A DNA stretch of 64,000 nt, from contig NZ_CANLZX010000007.1 in the NCBI RefSeq assembly GCF_947495675.1, positions 23,224 through 87,223 on the forward strand, read 5' to 3'. The stretch is from an uncultured Algibacter sp. (lineage in GTDB: Bacteria; Bacteroidota; Bacteroidia; Flavobacteriales; Flavobacteriaceae). Both the position numbers and the translations under genes were made by a program. Numbering within the stretch: position 1 is the stretch's first letter; every line of letters starts with the position of its first letter. The notes beneath the pieces are model-generated. The model saw nothing but the letters and a program-made list of their open reading frames with translations. It was not told the DNA's origin and did no database searches. Positions 37,940-46,963 of this stretch are shown in pieces.

Positions 37940-39736
37940 TTATTTAGCTGCTTTTGGCCCATCATAATCATAGGTAAACCAATCAACATCTATATAACCT
38001 GTATCTGCTTTTTCATTCCAAGAGAAAAACCCTAATCTATCGCCTGTCCATTTTCCAAATGCAATAGTAAATGTTGGTCCAAAACGTGTATAATTTTTAC
38101 CATCGATACTATATTCATAAGTGGCTTGGTTTATATTATTTGAGGTTCTTACATATAAGTTGTTACCTGTTATATCTGGCCCTTTTGTTTTTTTAGACAT
38201 TGGATCCATATAAAACAGACTCTTTTTACCATTTTCATCTACTTCAACACCCAACAAATTAAAGACACCTCCATATCTTACAAATCCTGCTAATTGATGT
38301 GGTTTCATGCCTGAAACATCAAACTTTGCTACAGCAGTACCTGTTGTAATTCCCATAATTCGTTGACTTAATGTGTTACAAGCTCTCCAGAAATCTGAAT
38401 CTGAACCATCATTGTTTGTCCACTCGTTTATATTTGGTCCATAACCTTTTTCGTTTGGTAATATTTTGCTTGCTTTAAGGCGTAGCCACCCTGGGCGCTC
38501 GGTTAAAGACCAATGTGAGTTTCTTGGATTATGGTTCCATTCCCATTGAAAACCTAATTTTGAAGAAGAAAAATCATCATCTGAACTTGGAGCAGAGATT
38601 GGATAACCATCTATAGGTTTTTTATATTGTTTTACAGGTTCGCCAATACCATCATTATCTTCGTCTACACCAATTATTGGCCAACCATCAACCCATGTAA
38701 CAGGTGCTAAACATTGTGGTCGACCTTGAAAAGGAATATCATCATTTTGTATTAACTGATGCATATACCACCACGATTTATCTGGTGCTTGCATTAAACC
38801 TCCTTGACTACAACTACGATTATTAAATGCTGTTCCTTTTTCTAGAACAGTTTTTACTTCATAAGGTCCATATATACTTTCTTTAGAGCGTAATACAATT
38901 TGCTTCCTATCATTTTTAGGGTTTTTAACACCTGGTTTTGTAGAAGTATCACCCATAGTCCATTGTGCTAAAAAGATATACCAAGTGCCCTCTATTTTAT
39001 AGATTTTTGCAGCTTCGGCTCCCATTCCTGTGTAGGCTAATTTACCTTCATCTAAGATTTTTGTACCATCCCAACTCATTTCGTAAATTCTATTCTCATT
39101 ACCTTCAATGGTGTTTTCTGGTCCTTTTTGCTTTCCTGCTGTATTAATTATTACGTAAGCTTTATGTGCTTCTTCATCCCAAAAAACTCCTGGATCGTCT
39201 AATACTTTTGCTTTTGGAAGCATCATGATGGGCTTACTCCATGGACCTTTAATATCTTTAGCTGTGGCCACCATTAAACCATGTTGATAGTCTATTTGGT
39301 AACAATACCAAGTCCCTTCATGATAAGCCAAATCGCCTGCCCATGTACCAAAAGAATAGCCATTCATGCGATCCCAATTATATTCTGGAGCCCATGATAA
39401 ACTTTCAAACACATGGCCAACATTTGTCCAGTTTACCATATCCTTAGATTCTAGAATAGGCATACCAGGTGACATATGTTGTTTAGATGTAATCATGTAA
39501 TATGTATCGCCAACTTGCTCGATATCAGAATCTGGATAATCGGCATTTAAAATAGGGTTGATGTATGTGCCATCGCCTTGATCGCCAAAACTCCCTATTT
39601 TAGCTTCAACTTGAGCTATATCCTTAGATTTTAATATTTCATTTTCTGAATTCTCTGTATTTTTTTTACAGCTTAATACGCTTAAAACAGAAACTAAAAC
39701 AAATGCTTTAAAAACACTTACATGTTGTATATTCAT
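37940..39736 (-). CDS. GH43 family glycoside hydrolase with a C-terminal concanavalin-like domain
   Basis: 598 aa. YINPILNADYPDSDIEQVGDTYYMITS...ILESKDMVNWTNVGHV is the propeller N-terminus. The C-terminal beta-sandwich reads FQWEWNHNPRNSHWSL...GWLRL. Confidence 0.85.
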   Translation of the reverse strand: MNIQHVSVFKAFVLVSVLSVLSCKKNTENSENEILKSKDIAQVEAKIGSFGDQGDGTYINPILNADYPDSDIEQVGDTYYMITSKQHMSPGMPILESKDMVNWTNVGHVFESLSWAPEYNWDRMNGYSFGTWAGDLAYHEGTWYCYQIDYQHGLMVATAKDIKGPWSKPIMMLPKAKVLDDPGVFWDEEAHKAYVIINTAGKQKGPENTIEGNENRIYEMSWDGTKILDEGKLAYTGMGAEAAKIYKIEGTWYIFLAQWTMGDTSTKPGVKNPKNDRKQIVLRSKESIYGPYEVKTVLEKGTAFNNRSCSQGGLMQAPDKSWWYMHQLIQNDDIPFQGRPQCLAPVTWVDGWPIIGVDEDNDGIGEPVKQYKKPIDGYPISAPSSDDDFSSSKLGFQWEWNHNPRNSHWSLTERPGWLRLKASKILPNEKGYGPNINEWTNNDGSDSDFWRACNTLSQRIMGITTGTAVAKFDVSGMKPHQLAGFVRYGGVFNLLGVEVDENGKKSLFYMDPMSKKTKGPDITGNNLYVRTSNNINQATYEYSIDGKNYTRFGPTFTIAFGKWTGDRLGFFSWNEKADTGYIDVDWFTYDYDGPKAAK

Positions 39737-39762
39737 TTAAAAATTTATTTAAAATGTTTCAA

Positions 39763-40710
39763 TTATAATTTAATAATCTTTTTTAACAATGTCGTTTTAC
39801 TATCTTTTGTGGATATAAAATAAATTCCACTAATTAAATCGTTAATATCAATAATTTGATTTCTGGATGTACTTGTATATTCACGAACGGTAGCACCATG
39901 TATATTAGATATAATAAGTTTGGAGTTAAGTGGTAAATTTTTAAAATTCACAATACCATTGGTTGGGTTTGGGTACACTTTAATTTCTTCTAAATTACTT
40001 TCAGAGCCTATTGATAATGAACCATTGTAGCATGAAGATTCGCTATTTGATAAATTGAAAGCAACACTATCAGAAATACCATTTAATCTTAACACCATTC
40101 TATCTAATAGACAATAAGAAGACCTTGCATCTAAAGTTATTTTATATATCCCAGGGTTGTTAAAAGTAACAAAGACTCTATGAGAATCGCCATCATTAGT
40201 ATTGGCAACAAATCTCCACTCCTGCGTATTTCCAAAAATTTTAAAAAAACCTAATTCTGATTTTCCTTCCGGGCAATCATTATTTGCATCGGTTTCACAA
40301 GCAGGTCTAGGGATAACTCTATGACCAGATTTTATACCATAATAATCATCGGCATCAATTTTTAACCAAGAATCGTTGTGCTCTCCATTAGATGTTCCCA
40401 TATTTATTTTCATGTGCCAAGCAAATCTATAGGTACCAGGAGTATTTATTTTAATATTATAAACAATTGGAGCATTTGATAAGTTGTTAAAAGATTGTGG
40501 ACCATCCCAGTATATATAACCACTACCTGTATAACCAGAAACACTATTATCTATTTTCCAGTTTGGGTGATTTATTATACCGGACTCCATTTCAATTGTT
40601 AAAAGTCCGTTTTGCTCTTCAAATGGTAATGTACCATCACAGGCTGCTGTTTGTGCAAACACACCCATTGATAATATTAAAAGAAAAAGAAATGTAATTC
40701 TATTTTTCAT
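39763..40710 (-). CDS. Secreted CBM-like beta-sandwich protein with a T9SS C-terminal sorting domain
   Basis: 315 aa. NGLLTIEMESG...GYIYWDGP...GTYRFAWHMK...LLDRMVLRL resembles the N-terminal module of 7715..9724. The CTD reads KVYPNPTNGIVNF...SGIYFISTKD. It is the first gene after an operator-like element. Confidence 0.6.
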   Translation of the reverse strand: MKNRITFLFLLILSMGVFAQTAACDGTLPFEEQNGLLTIEMESGIINHPNWKIDNSVSGYTGSGYIYWDGPQSFNNLSNAPIVYNIKINTPGTYRFAWHMKINMGTSNGEHNDSWLKIDADDYYGIKSGHRVIPRPACETDANNDCPEGKSELGFFKIFGNTQEWRFVANTNDGDSHRVFVTFNNPGIYKITLDARSSYCLLDRMVLRLNGISDSVAFNLSNSESSCYNGSLSIGSESNLEEIKVYPNPTNGIVNFKNLPLNSKLIISNIHGATVREYTSTSRNQIIDINDLISGIYFISTKDSKTTLLKKIIKL

Positions 40711-40789
40711 TTTTATTGTATTTTAATTTAAATTAGATATATATAATTACTTAACTTTTCAAATATAATCAAGCAATTCAGGTATATTG

Positions 40790-40804
40790 TCCTGAACTGT
40801 CATG
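40790..40804 (-). promoter_or_regulatory. Operator-like phased direct repeat (TCCTGaactgTCATG) upstream of the CBM-like T9SS gene operon
   Basis: Half-sites lie at 40790..40794 and 40800..40804, 80 nt from start codon 40710. Confidence 0.5.
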
Positions 40805-40893
40805 TATCATTTATAAAAACACCTAATAAAGTAAAAAACTAATTTATGTTATTTAACCAAAACAGTTTTCACTTCTTTTAAATATCTAAAAGA

Positions 40894-40930
40894 GAAAAAG
40901 AAAATATAGTATTACCATATTTTCTTTTTC
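40894..40930 (-). terminator. Probable terminator hairpin after GH78 gene 40940..43801
   Basis: A perfect 14-bp stem, GAAAAAGAAAATAT (40894..40907) / ATATTTTCTTTTTC (40917..40930), has a 9-nt loop. It is AT-rich and followed on the minus strand by TCTTTTAG. Confidence 0.5.
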
Positions 40931-40939
40931 AAATTATAA

Positions 40940-43801
40940 CTATTTAGATTTTGAATATTCAATTTGATAATTCCCAGAACCTAAAACTATAGAATCTTCT
41001 TTAATTTTAAGAGTGTTATTTTGTTTGAATTCTGAAATAGATTTTCCATTTATTTTTAAACTTTCAAGTTCTGAAGGTGTCACTAGAACCCTTGCTTCTG
41101 TATTAAACGGTACTTCAAGATTCATATGCAACACTTTATCGTTTATTGTCCAATTATTGGTAATATCGCCATAAGGAGTTGGAACTTTTACTTCCGTTTT
41201 TGTAATTGCATTAGGAAACTCAGGGTTTACAGTAAATGCTTTGTAACCTGGTTGATCTTCTGAAGATTTAATACCACCTAAAGATTCATAAAAATAAGCT
41301 GCAAAACCACTATGCATTGGGTGATTTAAAGAGTTTGTTGGCCCTTCCATTTCTTCCCAAACAAATTGGCGTTCTGGCCATGTGGTAAATCCTGAATTCA
41401 TGACATAGGTTTGACTTGGAAAATCTGGAGTTGTTAGAATTTGATGTGCTAAATCTGCTTTTCCGTATTTAGATAATACGGTGTAAATATATCTATTACC
41501 ATGTATTCCTGTTGAATGATGACCACCTTTAACTTTAACAATATCATGTGCTAAACCATTCACAATACTTTCAATATCATTTTCTGGTGCTAAACCAAAT
41601 TGTAAAGCTTGAACAGTTGCCGTTTGACTTTGATACCATTTGTGCTTTGTGTTAGGAATTTCAACTAAAAATTGCTTGTTAAATGCCTCTTTTAATTCGT
41701 TTTGTTCTTGCTTCATTTTTGCGGCATAAGCAGCATCATTATTCATTTCAGCAAAGGTTTCCATAATACCCAAAACATCATAAAAATAAGCGTTTGCCGA
41801 AATAATAGGATCGCATTCCATGGCACTAGGATTTTTACGTCGGTCCCATCGTGGTGGACACCAATCGCCCATACCATCTTGCATAATGCCATTTTCGCCT
41901 TTAAAGTTGAGATAGAAATTGGTCAAGTTTCTCATTTCTTCATAGTACTCTTTTACTATAGCATCATCTCCATAAAACTTGTAATTATACCATGGCAAAT
42001 ACATGGTGGCCACACCCCAATCTATTTTTGCATAGGTTGATGTACGTTTTCCTGGAGCTATCATAGTTGGTACTTGAAACTTTATATCTGGATTATTATG
42101 TCCTTTTGTTGGTCGCATTTGCGTACGGATGTCTTCCATATATTTTTTATAGAAATCGTACATATCGTAATTGTAAAGTGCATATTCACAAAATGCATGT
42201 GCATCTCCCAACCAACCACATTTTTCACGGTGCGGACAATCTTCTGGAATACCGTGAACATTGTCTACAATCGTCCATTTACTAATACTGTGCATTTTGT
42301 TTAGTAATTCATCTGAAGATGTAAAACTTCCTGTTTCTTGAATATCTGTAGCCACCAAAACTGCTTTTATCATCTTAGCATCTGGTTTTCTAGAAACACC
42401 ATTTATTTTTGCATATCTAAACCCGTGATAACTAAATTTAGGTTCCCAAGATTCTATGCCATCTCCTTTACAAATGTATTTATAAATTTGTGCCATTCCA
42501 TTTGCGCCACCTCCTGTAGAGCCTGGAAAAATATCTTTCCCATTGGTTAATAATGCTTCGGTTGTTGTGATTTCAATTAATTGCCCTTCTTTTCCTTGAA
42601 CATTTAATTTTACCCAACCTGCAATGTTTTGTCCAAAATCAACAATCCAATTACCATCTGGTGCTTTAAACACCTTTTGTGGTTCAAATTCTTTTAATTT
42701 TTTAATTGGAGGAATTTGACTCGCACTTATTTTTTTTACTTGCGGAGATGCTACTTTTGCATTACCCCATTTAGCATCATTATAGCCAACTGTATTCCAA
42801 TTTCCTAATTCATAACGCGCATCATAGGTGTCGCCTCCATAAATATTATTGAATACTATTGGTCCTGTAGCTTCTTTCCAGTTTTCGTCTGTATAAAAAT
42901 CTGATGATGTACCATCTTTATAAATCAATTTCACCAAACAACGCACGGTTGGTGGGCCGTAAGACACTCCTTTTTTATTAGATTCTGGATCACGGCTCCA
43001 AGAAATATTTTGTCCGTAAAATCCATTTCCTAATATAATTCCAAAGGCATTTTTACCAGATTTTAACTGTTCTGTAATATTATAATTTACATAATAGGCT
43101 TGCTTATCGTAGTTAGATGGCGCAGGATCTAAAACATGATCTCCAACTTTAGTTCCATTTAAATACAACTCATAATAACCTAAACCGCAAATATAAACTT
43201 GTGCATTTTCAACATCTTTACTAAGGTCTATCTCATTTCTAAAATAACTAGCTGCAAAACCATCAACTGGTTTGGCTTTTTTCATATTACCTCTTTTATA
43301 ATCTCTAAATCGATGCTCTGAAGTTCGCGTATCTTTATTTAGTGTGATCCATTTTGAAGCTCCCCAATTTTCGGCATCCATCAAACTCATTTCGAATTCT
43401 TGAATCTCTGACCATTTAGAAACCGTACCCTGTTCATCCCAAATTTTTACTTTCCAAAAGTATTTTTGCATTGGTTTTAAACCTGTGCCTTTATATTTTA
43501 CAAAAGTTGATTTGTTGCTTTTTACTTTTTTAGTATCCCATAAATCAGCATCTCCTTCATTTAATTTTTCTTTTGATGATGAAACCAATATGTGATATGC
43601 TGATTGAGATTTGTTAAATCCATCAATATTTACAATCCAAGAGAAATCGAATTGATTGTTTTCTATGGTAGTTGGATTTTCTTTAGCATTAACTAATAAT
43701 TTTTCAAAAGATATTGGCTTACCTGATGTAGAAACATCTTTACAAGAAAAGCATATAATTAAGATTATAATAAGTGAGAATAAAGTTTGTTTTTTGACCA
43801 T
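40940..43801 (-). CDS. GH78 alpha-L-rhamnosidase
   Basis: 953 aa. The N-terminal module reads FDFSWIV...QSAYHILVSSS...DLWDT...KYFWKVKIWD. GIPEDCPHREKCGWLGDAHAF is the catalytic-domain signature. Confidence 0.9.
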   Translation of the reverse strand: MVKKQTLFSLIIILIICFSCKDVSTSGKPISFEKLLVNAKENPTTIENNQFDFSWIVNIDGFNKSQSAYHILVSSSKEKLNEGDADLWDTKKVKSNKSTFVKYKGTGLKPMQKYFWKVKIWDEQGTVSKWSEIQEFEMSLMDAENWGASKWITLNKDTRTSEHRFRDYKRGNMKKAKPVDGFAASYFRNEIDLSKDVENAQVYICGLGYYELYLNGTKVGDHVLDPAPSNYDKQAYYVNYNITEQLKSGKNAFGIILGNGFYGQNISWSRDPESNKKGVSYGPPTVRCLVKLIYKDGTSSDFYTDENWKEATGPIVFNNIYGGDTYDARYELGNWNTVGYNDAKWGNAKVASPQVKKISASQIPPIKKLKEFEPQKVFKAPDGNWIVDFGQNIAGWVKLNVQGKEGQLIEITTTEALLTNGKDIFPGSTGGGANGMAQIYKYICKGDGIESWEPKFSYHGFRYAKINGVSRKPDAKMIKAVLVATDIQETGSFTSSDELLNKMHSISKWTIVDNVHGIPEDCPHREKCGWLGDAHAFCEYALYNYDMYDFYKKYMEDIRTQMRPTKGHNNPDIKFQVPTMIAPGKRTSTYAKIDWGVATMYLPWYNYKFYGDDAIVKEYYEEMRNLTNFYLNFKGENGIMQDGMGDWCPPRWDRRKNPSAMECDPIISANAYFYDVLGIMETFAEMNNDAAYAAKMKQEQNELKEAFNKQFLVEIPNTKHKWYQSQTATVQALQFGLAPENDIESIVNGLAHDIVKVKGGHHSTGIHGNRYIYTVLSKYGKADLAHQILTTPDFPSQTYVMNSGFTTWPERQFVWEEMEGPTNSLNHPMHSGFAAYFYESLGGIKSSEDQPGYKAFTVNPEFPNAITKTEVKVPTPYGDITNNWTINDKVLHMNLEVPFNTEARVLVTPSELESLKINGKSISEFKQNNTLKIKEDSIVLGSGNYQIEYSKSK

Positions 43802-43842
43802 AACTATTTTCTAATTTGAAGATTTTTTAGGTTAATTACCCT

Positions 43843-46431
43843 TTATTTTATTATAATTTTATGATTTGAAATACCTTGCTCACTCTCTATTTGTAATATA
43901 TAAATACCTTTTTGTTTATTCTGAAAACGAATTTGTTTTTCTGATTTAAAGCTCCCTTTTTGAACTTCTACTCCATTTATTGAGTAAATTCTATATTGAG
44001 CTTTTCCTCCATTGTTTATTTTAATGTTAAAGACTCCTATACTAGGATTAGGAAACACCTTAACCTTTTGTAGGTTATTTTTATCTACAGATAATTGACC
44101 TTTAGAAAATATGGCTTTGATATTCATATCTGATGTTATTACTAATGCTAAAGGATTATCAGTACTAGTTACATCTCCTTCCCAACGTTCAAACTCCCAA
44201 CCTTCATCTGCAATAGCATTTAAACTAAATTCTTGCCCATTTAGTGCTGTACCACTACTATAATTTAAAAGACCTTGTCCTTCTTTACTTAGCGTTATTG
44301 TATGGATAGTTGGATCTGTAGGAATAAATTCAATGCTATCAAAAATGATACTTCCAGAACTGAAATTATTATAAAATTTAAATTCATTAATAGTACCTGT
44401 CCATAGCCCCCAATTAGTTAAATCAAAATCTAAGGTATGCCATTGGTTATCATTAGGTACTGTTTCTTTTTTTCTTCCAGACAAAAAACTTGTACCTGGT
44501 GCATTTGGTAACATTTGAAGATCTGGTTTATCTGTACTATTTTTAACTACAATTCTTAAGGTGCCATATAAACTAGCATTTATATTTAGATCTGTTATAG
44601 CTATCATAGGCCAAGTAACATCTGAAGTAAAAGGCACACTTAATTTATCATTTTCTGTATTAATTGTTACCTCTCCATTAACTGCATACCAAGACCAAGC
44701 TGAAAAATCATCAGTAGTAGTCCAAACATAAGTTGCTGGAGTAATGGCTTCCACAAAGCTTGCTTCTGGTCTAAATTCAAATTTTTCAAAAGCAAAAGAT
44801 TCAATTTCAGTTGATACATTAACTTCAGACCCTGATTTACCATCATTTCGTTCTTCAGTATTAATACTTTTCCATTCTGTAAATTGATGAGGGCTTGGAT
44901 TTTCATAATTTTGATATGCAGTAAACCCTTCTTCTGTTAAGGTTCGTTCTGGTGCTCCTTTCTCATCATAACCACTCTTTACATAGTTTGAATTGTTGAT
45001 TAAAAAATTCTGAAGTTTGTTATTCTCTTTACCATAAGATTTACTTCTATAATACAAGGTTGTACCAACAGGTAGATCTGTTGTAAACGAAACATCTACA
45101 GTTTCCTTGTTTCTATAAGTTAAGGAACTACTATTATAATTATAGATTAACGCATCATATTCATTCTCAGTATTATTTTTTACAAAGATGGCATCCAACT
45201 CATTTGTTGATGTATTAGGACTCCCGGAAATACTAGTTTCATAACGAATTAAACCTAGCATCTCATTTAATTCTTTTATAGCATCTGGATTTTCACTTCC
45301 TGTTCTATTTCCCCATCTGTAAATAAATTCTAAGCCTTTGTCCTTATTCTTATAATAAGTATTGGAAAAAATCAATTCTACGATTTCTCTATGTGAAGTT
45401 TCACAACCAATTGTTCCTTTACCGTCTGCTCCATTCATGGTCGTTACGGTTTTATACTCCATAATATCTATTGACGTTTCAGGATTCCATTTAGGATTAT
45501 TTATAAGAGGCGCAAAATTTTTGATGTATTTTCCATTCATATCCCTAAGAACACTATTACCAATAACAATATAATCTGAAAGTCCCCAAAAGTCACATGT
45601 TATATTATTATCAAAATTATAATCTATTAAGTCTTCTATAAATGATGCATAAGGTTCACCTTTATAATTTAATACTGATCCACTCTTATATATAAAACCT
45701 GGGTTTCTAGTGTGCAAGCCTATCTTAGCATTTGGTAATATAGCTCTAACGGCTTGTACTGTATTTGCAAAATGCTCGATAAAATCTTGCTTTGTGCCAT
45801 ACCAATGCTCTGGAGTTTCAATTTCTGAACCTACTCTAAAACGCCATGACAACACTTTTTCTTCACCATAGGTCTCAACCAATTTTGTCATTAAAGCTTT
45901 TATAAAATCATGGTAAGCTTGTTTATCTGCAGGAGGCAAAGAGTTTCCATAAATTGATATTCTCTCATTTTCTCGAAAATTAATATTATCTCGTGTGCCT
46001 TCTGGAATAAATGTATACCCATGTTGAAAAGCCCATGGTGGTTGATCTAAAGCTATTTGTAAAATTTCAGTTTGTGAATTAACAACTTTATTTAGTCTAT
46101 CTATTAGCGCATCCCATTGATAAACGTATTGATTATTAATAGAATCGTAAATACAAGGATCAAAATCTAAATCTTTTACATTTTCATCATTAACTTTTTT
46201 ATTAATACCTCCAATCATCCTTACTATATTCATTTTAAGGCCAGGACGAATATTAGATCCATTTCTTGGACTTATTCGATTAGCAGTATTCCAAACATCA
46301 TGAATAGGGAGTTTTCTATCACTTTCACTTGTAAAATCGGTGGATAAGTTTACTTGACCTTGAGTTGAAGTAACTAAAATAAAACACAATAAAATAAAAA
46401 TATTGCATTTAATAAAACTAAAATTTTTCAT
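43843..46431 (-). CDS. Clan GH-A, GH39-like glycoside hydrolase with CBM-like/Ig domains and a T9SS C-terminal sorting domain
   Basis: The ORF track begins at a TTG (46470). The ATG at 46431 (MKNFSFIKCNIFILLCF..., signal peptide) is the more likely start. WRFRVGSEIETPEHW is paralogous to WRFRVATEPNYSPQHW of 33695..35383. The CTD reads VKVFPNPSIGVFNIK...KGIYILQIESEQG. Confidence 0.5.
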   Translation of the reverse strand: MKNFSFIKCNIFILLCFILVTSTQGQVNLSTDFTSESDRKLPIHDVWNTANRISPRNGSNIRPGLKMNIVRMIGGINKKVNDENVKDLDFDPCIYDSINNQYVYQWDALIDRLNKVVNSQTEILQIALDQPPWAFQHGYTFIPEGTRDNINFRENERISIYGNSLPPADKQAYHDFIKALMTKLVETYGEEKVLSWRFRVGSEIETPEHWYGTKQDFIEHFANTVQAVRAILPNAKIGLHTRNPGFIYKSGSVLNYKGEPYASFIEDLIDYNFDNNITCDFWGLSDYIVIGNSVLRDMNGKYIKNFAPLINNPKWNPETSIDIMEYKTVTTMNGADGKGTIGCETSHREIVELIFSNTYYKNKDKGLEFIYRWGNRTGSENPDAIKELNEMLGLIRYETSISGSPNTSTNELDAIFVKNNTENEYDALIYNYNSSSLTYRNKETVDVSFTTDLPVGTTLYYRSKSYGKENNKLQNFLINNSNYVKSGYDEKGAPERTLTEEGFTAYQNYENPSPHQFTEWKSINTEERNDGKSGSEVNVSTEIESFAFEKFEFRPEASFVEAITPATYVWTTTDDFSAWSWYAVNGEVTINTENDKLSVPFTSDVTWPMIAITDLNINASLYGTLRIVVKNSTDKPDLQMLPNAPGTSFLSGRKKETVPNDNQWHTLDFDLTNWGLWTGTINEFKFYNNFSSGSIIFDSIEFIPTDPTIHTITLSKEGQGLLNYSSGTALNGQEFSLNAIADEGWEFERWEGDVTSTDNPLALVITSDMNIKAIFSKGQLSVDKNNLQKVKVFPNPSIGVFNIKINNGGKAQYRIYSINGVEVQKGSFKSEKQIRFQNKQKGIYILQIESEQGISNHKIIIK

Positions 46432-46497
46432 TTTTTTTTTTTTATAACTATCATCATTATACTCTCTCAAAATAACAACTTTATTATATGATTAATA

Positions 46498-46512
46498 ACC
46501 TGTACTATCCTG
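46498..46512 (-). promoter_or_regulatory. Operator-like phased direct repeat (ACCTGtactaTCCTG) upstream of the GH39-like T9SS gene
   Basis: Half-sites lie at 46498..46502 and 46508..46512, 67 nt from the preferred ATG at 46431. Confidence 0.55.
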
Positions 46513-46963
46513 CATAAAAACGCATCAACACTTTTTTACTCAATAGTGTGAATTTTTATCTAGATTAATACTCTGTGTTCTGGAGGTTATGAAAATTTAG
46601 CAAATAGCTGTGGTTGCTATGAGATTACTGATGGTAATATTTTAAAAGACGAAGAAGCTAGTAGCACCAACCTAAGTACTAGGCCTCTACTTTATGCTAT
46701 CAAAACTTCAGACAATAAAAATAAACTTGAAAAACTATGTAACGATTAACCCTTTATGTAACTAAAAATGGAGATATGTTGCTAATAGTTGAGCTTTTTC
46801 AAAAATAAAAGTAGGCAATACTAAAACCTACATTAAACACTACCATACTACAGAACGGGTTTACCCTAGTTATGCACTTATTACAAAAGTGATACTGGGA
46901 ATTTAACTGCACATGTTGTATATAAAAAGGTTAAGTTCTAAAGGGAATAAACAATAAGATATT

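Noticed and set aside
10813-44906. Short minus-strand ORFs nested out of frame in larger genes (10813..11013, 21124..21333, 21349..21537, 24547..24744, 44667..44906).
   Set aside because: They overlap confident GH78, sulfatase, GH2 and GH39-like reading frames in alternative frames. They have no motifs and no independent start context.
46432-46470. N-terminal extension MREYNDDSYKKKK of the GH39-like T9SS protein (track start 46470).
   Set aside because: It begins at a TTG, is highly charged, and precedes a canonical signal peptide starting at the ATG at 46431. It would also place the operator only ~28 nt from the start, unlike the other sites.
46564-46749. The Cys-containing plus-strand open frame as a RiPP or bacteriocin precursor gene.
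   Set aside because: It has no ATG/GTG/TTG start, no adjacent modification or transport genes, and no leader-like motif. A gene remnant is more parsimonious; it is reported only as a low-interest spacer observation.
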